Shown here: piece by piece, positions 1 to 12,700 of the stretch | Layout: every line of letters begins with the position of its first letter | Position numbering within the stretch: position 1 is the first letter of the stretch | From: Octopus bimaculoides | Taxonomy: Eukaryota | DNA length: 64,000 nucleotides | Assembly: GCF_001194135.2 (NCBI RefSeq) | Contig: NC_068985.1 | Coordinates: 31,447,755 to 31,511,754 of the forward strand | Reading direction: 5' to 3' | Program-made: the position numbers and the translations under genes | Notes under the pieces: generated by a model | The model's input: only the letters and a program-made list of their open reading frames with translations | Told to the model about the DNA's origin: nothing | Database searches by the model: none

Positions 1-173
1 TAACACGTATAAGGATTTAATATACCAGTTCTTAGAGTACACAGTGGTAAGTGTCTGTATATACGAAGTTAAGGCGTGTGTGGCAGAGCGATCACTAGTT
101 GTGATGTTAGGGCTTCTATGCCAAGCCGGGCTGGATACAGATGTTCTTCGCAGGCTAGGTTCTTGTCTATTAT

Positions 174-260
174 TTATCGTGGTGAAGATGAATCACACAA
201 ACAGAATCGAAGAGAAGTGCCGCAGTTAGCTGTTGGTAGCTTGTGTACGTGTAGAGTCAT
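174..260 (-). other. Candidate uORF or micropeptide, 28 aa (MTLHVHKLPTANCGTSLRFCLCDSSSPR*)
   Basis: The only ATG on the - strand between the predicted TSS and the window edge; context gtcaacATG. Confidence 0.4.
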
Positions 261-407
261 GTTGACGCTGGCGGGGACGATGCTGGTAGTCGTAGTGTTG
301 TGTTGCTGCTGGCGACGTCGGTGGCGATGCTTCTAGTTCGTAGTTGTACGATGGTGTTGATGTCGTCGCTGGAAACTGGTTGCTGCTGTGTTATGCGTAT
401 GTGGTCA

Positions 408-606
408 ACGTCAGCCAGATCTAGGATCTGAGGCGCGACGACTTGGCGGGTATAATTTAGGCTATTTATAGTAAAATAGGGGCTCCAGGAAAGCATTAGA
501 AAAACACTATCACGTGACCTTATTAGGGGCTGTGATTGGTCGATTTGCGTTCTGGCGGGAACGGTACGAGGCAGTTGCCGCTTCAAATAATAATCAGTCA
601 CGTGAT
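408..606 (-). promoter_or_regulatory. Pol II promoter of a divergent (- strand) gene
   Basis: On the - strand: TATAAATA (463-470), CCAAT (535-539), two TCACGTGA E-boxes (509-518, 597-606) and TGACGT (408-413). The CpG-retaining leader lies downstream; TSS predicted near 443. Confidence 0.6.
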
Positions 607-1074
607 GGATACAGTAGGCTGCTCTCTACTACGCCCGCACTTGATTATATTTATAACAGTGGGGAAGATGGTTTGTTTGTATATAATGGCGATAGAGGTT
701 AGTTTCACTACATATCTATAACGGTATGCGTGTAGTATACAAGAAACAGAAACTGACGAACGTTGGTTCGTTTTAATCACGAATCCTATAACCTTATCGA
801 GAGCGCCAGATGTGGGGACAATGAGGTACGTATTTTCACCGAAGAGTTATGAGACCAGGTCACATACATACCGCAACGCAGATGGCAAGATAGTACCTGC
901 AGACTTCGCATTTGTTTGTTCGCCACTGTATCCATTGTTGTCTGCATTCTTTAGTTTCGTCTTATCTCCACGAAATCGTTTCGAACTCAAATTTGTTCAC
1001 TAGAAAAATTATAACATTAACTGCAAACCGTTTTCAAAGAGTTGCATTATCTGTGACTGTTTCAAAGGTGTTAC

Positions 1075-1713
1075 GAAAGTGAAAGTATATACTTCGCCAG
1101 AAGCAGATGTTTATCAAATCAAAAAGTGCAAGTTTTTCATGAGTGAAAAGTGAAATTTATAATTTTTTAAAACACAAATGATAAACGGATCTAATGTCTT
1201 TAAATAATTGTTGAAATACAATTTCAACGTGAGTTTAAACTAGATTTTGAATAAAATACTCTGTGGATAGTAGTTTTTTAAGTTGGCACTTAGATGCTAT
1301 TACATTCATACTCCCTATCTCATACGTTCAACAATATACGTAATTGATGACTGTCACAAAAGACCTTTCTTTGGAAAAAATTTGTCCGCAATGACAAATT
1401 TCAGTGAGCTTCGTATGTTTATCACAAACAAGACAAAGGGAATGCGATCAAGAAAGCCAAAATTCTGCAGAAAAGTAATTTTGTCTCATGTATTTGTTGT
1501 CAATCATTCACTTAATAGCTATACTTTGTTCACGTTAATTACGAATGTAATAACAAAATATTTGGTGTATCTAATTCAAATATTGAGAACATCGTACTAG
1601 ATGCTTTGTATTGATTAGCCAGAAGTCCTGTTCATTTCATTGCGTAGAAAAGTTCCATTTTATAAAAAAAACACTTTCACTTTTCGGCTGGAAAACACCT
1701 GCTTTCACTTTCA
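1075..1713. promoter_or_regulatory. Cluster of four IRF-E / PRDI-type elements
   Basis: GAAAGTGAAAGT 1075-1086 (+), GAAAAGTGAAA 1145-1155 (+), GAAAAGTGAAAGT 1673-1685 (-), TGAAAGTGAAAGC 1701-1713 (-). Confidence 0.55.
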
Positions 1714-2495
1714 TGACGGTTTAGAAACAAAGCGTCATAAGCATTTGCAATTTACGCATCACAATTTAATCCACGCAGTAAATAATTTGTCGTTATGCAA
1801 ATTTCGACTTGTATGTATTTAATATGTGTGAAAAAAACCCAAAATAAATTGATGTGTTTCACAGACCAGTCCTTAACATAACTACCAGTTACAAGATCTT
1901 ACACCAACCACAACGAAGTTACGTCCCTTGCACCAGGAATGTAACATGGCTGTCTTAGGGATTATAAAAAATATTTAATAACGAATTATATTAATGATGT
2001 TCACAAATGTTTATTTATTTTATTTTACCGTAATATTTAGTGGCTTGGAATAATTTAATGTCGTTACTACATTACTAGCTATAATTAGATAAAATGGATA
2101 CGTTATTCTTTAATCCCAGGCCAGCATTAATCGAGAAGACTACAAAGTACTGCCCATCCAGTGTTCCGTTTTTGAGGTAATATATGTCCAGGACCACATT
2201 ATCCATTATGTTTGGGTTCTTTTAAGACAGTAGGATATGACTTGAAGGAGGTTTAGCCTATATTTCGAGTCGATCTTCGTTAGATCGTAATTGTGAAATG
2301 TATAGTTGGTTAAAAAAATTCCCTTGATATAATTCATAAAATTTACTTTTACGAATAAAAATATATTCCATCAGGTTACTTTAAGTTGACTGTGTTCTAT
2401 TTACGTTGCTGTAAAAAAACAACAGCAAATACAAAAAAAAAAACAGAAAAATACTTTTTCCCCCCGAAACAGATTTCTTTTGTCGTAATAGATAA

Positions 2496-2622
2496 TACGT
2501 GGTGACGTACCGCAATTGTGAAACCCACCCATACTAGAAAAAAACTTCATTGGTTGGCCACTTTAGAAGTAGGAAGGAAAACTTGTATTAGTTTCGGTTT
2601 TTTTATTCTTTTTCTTTCACTT
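2496..2622 (+). promoter_or_regulatory. Probable proximal promoter of the BCL3-like gene
   Basis: CRE-like TGACGTA 2503-2509, inverted CCAAT 2549-2553, ISRE-like AGTTTCGGTTTT 2590-2601 and AAGTGAAAGA (-) 2613-2622, 200-320 nt upstream of the ATG. Confidence 0.45.
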
Positions 2623-2818
2623 ACACAATCCAGAAATATGGCAACGTATTTACGTTTATATGGTTAAGCAATGATTTTAACATGACATTTTATATTAAAT
2701 ATGTCCCGAATTAATTTTAAAAACAGTGGAAGAAATGAAAGGTATGACTTATTCTTAATGAAAACGAATCCAGAATTGATTTGAATGTTAGAAATTGAAC
2801 TACGATAAAACAAGTAAA

Positions 2819-3752
2819 ATGGATGTTGTGTCTCGAAATTATGAATTAAAATCGTTGAACAAGAGTTGTGGAAATGTAAACATAGACGAATCAGAAGAAT
2901 CACATTCTATAGCTGTTGAAGTGTTGGCAAATCTTTTAAGCGGAACTTCATATCAAAATGAAAATGTTAAGCAGCAAATAGATTTACCAATGTATCCCAC
3001 TCTAAAATTGAACGATGGATATGCAAAGGAAATGTCTTCGTTTGCTAATTTACCATCGGTAAGCAGTTATTTACAACCAACTGTTACTTCGAATAATCCC
3101 GTGTTCAATACCAAATCTCAGTATCAACATCAGCCGCACATATCTGAAGCCAACAAAACTTGCCCTTTTGTACTTTCCACCAGTATTCCATTAACTACAT
3201 CGAAGTCTGACTTAACTTTACCGACCGAGACCGATACTGATATGACAAACGATTCAAATTTGCCCTATCTGAATCAGGATAGTATGATGAAGATCCACCC
3301 CGATAATGTTGATTCTCTACTGATTGTTAAACGTACCTCCAACAATTCAAAAGTTTATAGAGTGAAAAGAGTGAAAATAGATGAAATTCTAAACATTCTG
3401 AACGAAAGTAGAACGAGGAAGTCTAGTATTTTGTCGAATGCGTCTTTAGATGATAGCTGCAGCACGAAGTCCGAACTTTTAACGAGAAAGCGGCTGATGG
3501 CCCAATTTTCAGCCAACACAAATCAATCGAGGGAGAATTCTTTGCTGTTTTTTCAGTTTCCAGGTTTTGGAATTAACAGTGACTCAATGGATGACAGTCA
3601 ACATTTAAAGAATACAATTGGATTGTTTTCCCAAAACAGTTTAGAAAACAGGACGAAAAGTTGTTTACCTCTGAAAAAAAGGAAAATAAAGTCGACTTTT
3701 CAGGCAACCAAACCTTTTAAACCACACAATACAAATGTCTCTATTGTTACAG
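2819..3752 (+). CDS. BCL3: Exon 1: 311-codon S/T/N-rich N-terminal region with CLPLKKRKIK motif
   Basis: Long ORF 2795-3817 in the track; first in-frame ATG at 2819; donor AG|gtagtg at 3752/3753 (phase 1) fits exon 2. Confidence 0.8.
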
Positions 3753-6700
3753 GTAGTGTACAAAAGTACTTTATTTACTTCATATTATTGGTCTTCGTGT
3801 ATCTTAAGAAACGATAATAACATGTATGTCATTTTAATCTCAGAATAGTGACAACAGCTTCCACTTGGGCGAAGTGAACTTTCGAAACTGGTTATACATA
3901 TGATCGGAAGAGGGCATTTATTTTGTGTTTCCTTTGTCTTCTGTGTGCCTAATGTCTGGCTCTCTTCTTTACTCACTCCATTGCTCCAGGTGTCTCGATC
4001 TTCCATCCGTAAATCATCTATATCAATCTTTAGCTTCCTGTCTTTTTAGCAGTATCTCCAGAAATAATTTGAGGTATGACCGTCCTTCGTCTAGTGAACA
4101 TGTCTCAGCCAGTGCAAATGAGGAAAGCTGCTCGTTCTAATATCTGTGTTTATACGTGCTTCTCTCGTTTCCATGGCCCGATGTAAAAACTTATCTTGTC
4201 AAAAGTTAAGTGTTTTTAAAACCCAAAAGTGCTTTTTTTTTGGCACTGTCAATGAAAGTAAAGTAGTGGACGGGAGAGAGAGAGAGAGAGAGACGTAGGT
4301 ATTATAAAACATCCAGTGTAATGTTATTGAAGTTGGATCCACCAAATATTGATAAACATTCCTAATTAACATGAGCAAAATATGGCTATCCAGCTATAAA
4401 ACGTTACTAGAAAAGAGAACGATTACTAATTGGAGATTTAGAATTGGTTCTAGAAAGCATGTTCCGGTTGAAGTAGATGCTAGAGTAAGCGTTACACTTA
4501 GATGTACTGCAGCAGTATTTTACTCGAAGCAACAGGTGTACGCGCTCTCTAAGATGTCATACACAACCGCCAATCAAACTGGTTTTATCGAGTTGACATT
4601 AGATCCGGTTAAAATTTCTATTAAAAATATTCCTAAAACGTTCACTTTCTGAAAACTTTCGTTCTTTGACCTAGAAAATAATTCTGACGAAGTCAATACT
4701 TTCATTTTCATGATGACCTGGAAACGAAGTGATCAACCATCAGCATTTAGAAGCAGGTTTTTTGCACACCATAGTGTTTCCAGTTGAATTGAATTCTTAT
4801 TTATTCTTCTGGCCAGGAATATTGCTGCTCTATGTTCTCGACTTCTTTAAAATTCAGAAAAAAGAATTTTTCTGTACTTGTGTTTCTCATTTGACAAGGA
4901 ATGTTGACGTCTGACCTTAATTTTATCTTATGTCTTGTTTACTAAACAGGTCGCCTGTTTTTGAGGATTAAGTGAAAGAGAAAACAACAAACTGTTTAGG
5001 AGTAACAACCGAATGTTTGTTTCGAGCTAATTGGATCTAGATTTTCCCAACGCCTTAGCCTCGGCATCGCCTGTGCTAATGCTGAGAGCGTGCTGGCTTG
5101 CTTCAGTAGGTTCTGTTAAACTTTGTAGTGTGCGACCAGTTGCTGTGATTAAAAAAAAATCCTCATAAATGGGTTCAATACAGTTTTAATAGAAAGATTT
5201 GGAAGAATTAGATGAAAGTTCTCCAGTTATTTTCTTTCATGTAAATAATGGATCTATTTTAAAACGGGGGCCACATTTTTCATTNNNNNNNNNNNNNNNN
5301 NNNNNNNNNNNNNNNNNNNNNNNNNNNNNNNNNNNNNNNNNNNNNNNNNNNNNNNNNNNNNNNNNNNNNNNNNNNNNNNNNNNNNNNNNNNNNNNNNNNN
5401 NNNNNNNNNNNNNNNNNNNNNNNNNNNNNNNNNNNNNNNNNNNNNNNNNNNNNNNNNNNNNNNNNNNNNNNNNNNNNNNNNNNNNNNNNNNNNNNNNNNN
5501 NNNNNNNNNNNNNNNNNNNNNNNNNNNNNNNNNNNNNNNNNNNNNNNNNNNNNNNNNNNNNNNNNNNNNNNNNNNNNNNNNNNNNNNNNNNNNNNNNNNN
5601 NNNNNNNNNNNNNNNNNNNNNNNNNNTTTGTTTATGTAGTCGGCACTTAATGTATATCGGCTGAATGGACGTCAGTGATTGGTTGAAATTACAGAAATAC
5701 GACAACTTTAACATGGAATAATTTATGGATTTCTTTTTTTTTAAAGAAGACTAAGAGAAAAAGATGTTTTATATGACACATTCTACCAGTGTTCCAAGTT
5801 TCAAAGTGTTTCGTTAATGAAAAATGTGGCCCCCGTTTTAAAAAAGATCCTAAATAATTGTTTATGTTAATTTAAAAATTTTCCTGTAAAATTTTATAAA
5901 ATGACAATGTTCTAAAAAATGTACATGTTTATATGCTATATATGAAAATAAAATAGTAGAATTTTCACTGCATATTCTCAAGTTAGGTTATATGAATATA
6001 TCGTGATTAACTTAAGAATTTGAAAAAAAAAGTTTGACTTTGAAGACCCAACAAATCTACAGTAGCATGAGGAAAAGAATCTTTGAAGAGACAGAGAGAG
6101 TGAGAGAAACAAAGTAAATCTTTTTCAAGTAAACAATTTTTGTAATATAACAAAGATCTTTGCTGTGACTTAATTTTGGAAATGAAAAAAATACTCAGGA
6201 AATATAGTCCTCATTCTTTAATATAGGTGATAAAGAAAAGTTTATCCTGATTTACAAATCTGAACAAAGTCAACTATTAACTGACAATGATGAAAAACTG
6301 AGAAAAGAGATCGAAATTGCTCTAAAACAGGATGAAGATGGTGACTTGTAAGTAAATTTTACTGATTTCATCTTTTTCAACTTTTAGTTGATTATATCAA
6401 CCTCAGTACTTTATCTTGTACTTATTGTATTAATCTCTATCAACTGGCTAAACTCACTTTGGTATAAAAGGACTTGGTCAGGCATCTGTTACTGATACAC
6501 ATTGAAGAACTTACTTTCAAAACCAGATATATGCATCGGAATGACTTTTGAGTAAGTGTTTAAGACAACTTGAATAATCTGATTTTGATTGGAAGACTAA
6601 GATTTGCCTACTATCTATATGGCATCTATACCAGGTGACTGAAAAAAATTTCACGTGCACGAAGCTTGCAGATTGTGTTTTAAAGGTTATGAAATCGACC

Positions 6701-9700
6701 AAATATTTGAAAGTAAGCTCCTCATATACACATGGATACACACACATACATAACTAAAAAAATGATGCTGAAGATCTTTGTCTGGAACCATGGTACAGAA
6801 ATAACAGCAGGAACTAAAATATATACATGTACAGTTAAGTGAAAACTACCATATTTGATGTGGTGAACCAGCAGTAATTTTTAATCAAAGGAAATCAAGT
6901 GAAATTATAACTTTAATGATAAAATTCATTCATAGGCGTGGCTGTGTGGTAAGTAGCTTGCTTACCAACCACATGGTTCCGGGTTCAGTCCCACTGCGTA
7001 GCACCTTGGGCAAGTGTCTTCTACTATAGCCTCGGGCCGACCAAAGCCTTGTGAGTGGATTTGGTAGACGGAAACTGAAAGAAGCCCGTCGTATATATGT
7101 ATATATATATATGTATGTTTGTGTGTCTGTGTTTGTCCCCCCCCCCTCACCAACATCGCTTGACAACCGATGCTGGTGTGTTTATGTCCCCGTAACTTAG
7201 CCGGTTCGGCAAAGGAGATCGATAGAATAAGTACTGGGCTTACAAAGAATAAGTCCTGGGGTCGATTTGCTCGACTAAAGGCGGTGCTCCAGCATGGCCA
7301 CAGTCAAATGACTGAAACAAGTAAAAGAGTAAGAGTATCAGTAATGGAAATTTGAAAGGATGCATGGGAGAGAACTCTGGAAAGGAGGGCAGGCTAGTGA
7401 CTCTGATTTTTGGAAGCTATGAGATGATATATTAGACCAGTGTCAAACTTTTCGCACCAAATTGCAATATCGCCCACCTATCGGCCAAAAAATGCTCCAT
7501 CACCCACCTGTGTAAAAAAACCTCTAACACCTTCCTAACACTAAATCTCCTAGGAGAACCTCCCTCTGTATCATTTGACACACACACTATACTGTAGACT
7601 CGTTGCCCAGTTAGTGCTGTTTGGACTAAATATGCAGTTGTTTACAAATCCCTTATTATGGGTTTAGTTTTGCCATTAGTGTGAATAAAATTCTAATATT
7701 AACTCTATATTATGCTGACGGATTAACTTTGGTAAACTTGCGCTTTCTTTTACACTGATTTTTATTTTCCACAAATGAAACATTGATCAGTACTACCGAT
7801 GCAAAAATAATTAATGATTGTATTATAAAGGAAAATAATACAGCTTTTTAATGAGAATCATGTGTCTGATGGAATGCAGCTAGTGCAGATACATTCAGTT
7901 TCAAACTTGTCAACTTTAGCTGCAAGTCTCTTTGTTGTGTCTATCCAGCCCAATTCTTTTATGGGAAAGTAAAGTTCCAACATGGCTAAAGCCAGATTCA
8001 ACCAGGTATGCAATAGGGAAGGCAAGCAAAAATAATTTCAGATGTTTCCACAGATTGGGGTAGGAATTCAATATACTTTGATGGTACCACAAACCTTTGC
8101 CATTACGGTGATATCGCATTGTGGCATTGTTGTCATTTTGTAATTCTATCAATTCTTCCTGAACGTCGTCCTTGCCAGTGGCACGTAAAAGCACCCACTA
8201 CACTCTTGGAGTGGTTGGCGTTAGGAAGGGCATCTAGCTGTAGAAACACTGTCAGATCAGATTGGAGCCTAGTGCAGCCATCTGGTCCGCCAGTCCTCAA
8301 TCAAATCGTCCAAACCATGCTAGCATGGAAGGCGGACATTAAATGATGATGATGATATTAGTCATGTGAAATTTATTGTTATTTATTATCATGCACCTAA
8401 AATGCAATAACACATTTATAATGATCTCAAATTAGAAAATTTTTTGAACTGTAGTTGTGTAACTACCTCTATACATACAAAGCAGTGTATGTAGTGAGAA
8501 AATAGAGATGGAAGTCTATACTGCTATGACAACAAGGTTGTAAAATTAAAAATCAATGTCACTGATAACTTGTACCTATTTTATAAATTTTTTGTGCTAT
8601 TTAGATACACAATATTGTTTAATTAACAGAATCTATTTAGAACAAACTAATCTGTATCCATTATCAGTTTGCATATCTCAAGTTAAATCACAGTAGTTTC
8701 ATTTTTATTCAATAATTTGCTAGCACATTTCCCCATTATACATGCTTAGTTTTGGACTATGAAATCCTGGAAAAAATATCTTTTGTGTATAATACATTAG
8801 TTACTGTTACACTTAACCATTGCAATATTCTAGATATACTAATAATTATTTTAATTCTTTATTTATTTTATATTTAATCAGAATTTTCTGAAATGGAGTG
8901 TTTATTCAGATTTATTATAATTGCTTTCTAAAGCACATTGAAAAGTTTGCACACTGTAAGGAAAACAAAAAACAAATTCAAAAATGACCTTGGTTAAAAG
9001 TGACCTTTTAATTTAACTGGCAAATGTGGGATTACTACTGTCAACTTTCAGTAAGAGCAGAAGGATCTAAAAGACAATGCAGAATATAAACACTTTGATT
9101 ATCAAATTTTTGATTAAATTCATAAGAATGTATTAGATTGAAATAGATATCTATCAATTGACTATACATACAGTCATGTCTCCCTCTCACGTACACATAA
9201 TTCCATCGTCTATCAAACTCCCCTACAACCCATCTTCCTTACACCCCAACCACCCACTGCAGGCCTCTCCTCTCTCCCTCATCTACCTATCTGGACTCTC
9301 TCCACGCCCTCACATATCTACTGATTATGTATGAAACTAAAGGTCTATTTTTTTGTAATGAGTGAAATTATTTCTAAATGAAATATTTTAGTTATTTTAA
9401 TTTTTTGATTTAAATAATATACTGAGCAAATAAAATATCCCCCACTTCCAAAGTTTGAAGCTGATAAAAATGGTAGCTAATACATTCAGTTCAGTGTAAA
9501 TGAAGTATTGACTGGAACACTATAAATTTCTGGAGAATATAAGTGTGAAAATTACTTGATTATAAAAAAGACTAGAGATTTTATCTGAATTTTGTTTTAA
9601 AACTGAAGAATGAATTGAAGTGAAAATGGGTAGTGACAGTAAGATGTTAATGGCATGAAAATAAAATAAAATAGAGTTAAAAATAAATATTAGATTTTGA

Positions 9701-12700
9701 AATGCTTCCTTCTCTGTAGGCCTCTACATATAGCTGTTGCACACAAGAATCTAGCATTAATTGGATCTTTCTGCAAGCTGATTCAACAAGCGGGGAAAAC
9801 TGTTGATCGCTTTAATAAAAAAAAGCTTGTAAGTATTTTTTCTTAAGTTTTTCTTTTTACCATAGTAACCACTTGTGTTTATAATTCAATATAGAATACA
9901 AAATACAGATGACCATAGACTTGAGTCTTATCTTGTTGAATGATTGGCCTATATTGATATATTTGCAAAAAATTGTAGAGACTTTATATTATTTTAGGGT
10001 TGTTTACAGATTTTCAATGTCTGTTCAGGATTAAATAATATTGAAGATCTGTTGATATATCATAAAGAGCATGTTAATTGCTGTATAGTAGGAAGATAAT
10101 GAAAGGAGACCTGTAAAAGTTAAGGAATGGCTTGTTGGATAATGGCTCAATGTGAAAGTTAGTCAGAAGAAGAGTGATAGTTGTGAAATAAAACATGAAT
10201 GAGACTAATCTTAAAACTATGAGAAACAAAAGCAATGTCAGAAATGAAAAGAAAGTTTGCAAGACTGTCTAATTCTGATTAGTTCCTCATCTTGAATGAA
10301 ATACATTTAAAATAATAAACTGTTTGATAAACTTTCAATAGTGAAACAAAGAACAAAATAGTATAAATGATGATGAATATTCATTGTAAAATGATATATC
10401 ATCCCTCTATAAACATTTTCTCTAATATGTTTNNNNNNNNNNTCCAACCCATGCTAGCATGGAAAGCGGACGTTAAACGATGATGATGATGATGTTTCTA
10501 ACAAAAATACATTTGTATAAAGGAATTTGTTTTTATTTTAATCCCAGTTAACAACTTAGTAGTAATCGTTGCCAGAGGATGTTTTGGTTTTAGCTTCTGG
10601 TTAATATCCATTGCTCTCATGATGCTCTACATATGGCTATGCTCTTGCAGAAGATTTCTCATTTTGTGTAGCTGCAAGCAACAGTGTTATCTATCATAGT
10701 GATTTGGCATGGTTAACTGGACATTAAACCTGTTTTGGTGATGGCATTTTTGTCAACAGTACTTTTTGGCACTGCATACACAGAAATATACATATACAGA
10801 TAGAGAGAGGGACACAAATGACAGGTTTGTTATCAACTAGAATAAAAGCAAAATTTTCACAGAGCCAAAAGATTTCGAGGACAAAACATCTGATGTCAAA
10901 TAAATTAGTGTTGAATCAGTGATGCCAAATAGGTCTCACACCTCATCTACCATGAGCTGATAATGAGAGATGGCATTCCAGCAATTCAACCATAACCAAC
11001 TAATTGTCACTCTGCTGGTTATGATGAGGGTTCCAGCTGATCCGATGAATGGAACAGCCTGCTTGTAAAATTAGTATGCATCTGTGGCTGAGCACTCCAC
11101 AGATATGTGTATACTTAATGTAGTTCTCAGGGAAATTTGGTGTGACAGGGCTAGCCCTTTGAAATACAGGTACTAAAGTGTCTTGCTCAAGGATACAACG
11201 CATTGCTGGGAATTGAACTCACAGCTGTATGATCACAAGCTGAATACCCTAACCACTAAGCCATGCACCTTCACATAATCAACTACATACATTAAAAATA
11301 TACATATTCCCTAACAGATATCTTTGTTTTTTTCCTTGTGGATAATTCATATAATTTTTTATTTATTAATATTTTTCACTTAAATACTTCATTAACAGAC
11401 ACCGCTGATGGGCACATCCCCTGCAGCAGATAGGGATATCCCATCATGAGATGTGTATTCTTTAAAATAATTTGTTTTCATTAATTTTTGGCAGACTCCT
11501 TTGCATTTGTGTGTGAAAATGAATTATAGTAAGGGTGTGAGGAAGTTAATAAAGATGGGTGCTGACATGAACTTGTCTGATGGCAATGGAAATTCTGCTG
11601 TTCATTTAGCAGTTTCCTATTCACACTTTGAATGCTTTGATGTCATCCTAAAGACATGTTCTTCTATGGAAAATTGTAAACCAAATTTAGATTCCCATAA
11701 TTATGAAGGTAAGTGTTTCTGGATTAAATGCAATTTCATTTTCTGTTCTGTATGTTATATTTTATGAAAGATGTAAATTGTTTCATTGAGTTAGGTACTT
11801 TTATAAATCAGCTGCAATTTTATTATAAAAGAAATTAGTGCTTATGTTTTTATCTTCATAAAATTAAAAAAAAAAACACTCTAAATTCTGATCTAAAAAT
11901 TAAAACTGATATTATAAAGTAAAACTTTATAAAGTAAAAACTTTATAAAGTAAAACTTTGAAGGATAACAAATTTTAATGAAAGATAGGGCACTAATTAT
12001 TTTAAAGAACTAAAAAGCATTTAGCTATAAACCAATTGATTGAAAAAGTTGAATTCATTGCAGTGTTAAAAGAAAACAAATGTTTGTCATTTCTATATTA
12101 AAATTAAAATATGAGTTTATGTTTGTGCCTTTAACCAAATTTGATAGATACCAAAATTCATTTCACAAGCAATAAAATCTCATGTTTTTGTTTTGTTTCA
12201 TTATTGTTGTTCAAAACTTTCTGGTGTCATTAAATTAAGCTCTGTTCTTAGGAGTATATTTCAAGGTTCATAATTATACATGTTTTTAAATGATATATTA
12301 ACTTAAATGGTTCTGATTGAAGGTTTGAGGCCAATGATTTTAAAGCTGATTTTTCTTCCTATTTGTAACCATGTGCAAGTAGTATGTAAGTTGAATGTAA
12401 CTGATATAAATAAAGAAATACTATTAAACACTGCAAAGTGGACAGTGGATTGTCAGAATCATTAGAGCGCTGGACAAAATACTTAATGGTTCTGGCCCTT
12501 TATGTTCTGAGTTCAAATCCCACTGAGATCAGTTTTGCCTTTTACCCCTCCAGGGTTGATAAAACATAGTATCAGTCAAGAACTGCAATCAACTTAAATG
12601 ACCACCAAATTTCTATCCTTGTGCCTAGGTCATTGGTTAATTAGATGATGATTAACCACAGGCTGATATTAAGAGAAAATAAAGAAGAGCACTGATATAA

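Noticed and set aside
257-601. 114-aa - strand ORF from the track
   Set aside because: It starts upstream of the predicted TATA box and runs across the promoter; no recognisable homology.
3753-3817. Continuation of ORF 2795-3817 (…YFIYFILLVFVYLKKR), which looks like a transmembrane tail
   Set aside because: Read-through into AT-rich intron 1 past the donor at 3752.
4371-4914. Two ORFs (93 and 61 aa) in intron 1
   Set aside because: No recognisable motif or splice support; probably a decayed repeat.
2313-5048. kB-like sites GGGAATTTTT (about 2314-2323, -) and GGGAAAATCT (5039-5048, -)
   Set aside because: Both miss the 3' CC of GGGRNNYYCC; expected by chance in AT-rich DNA.
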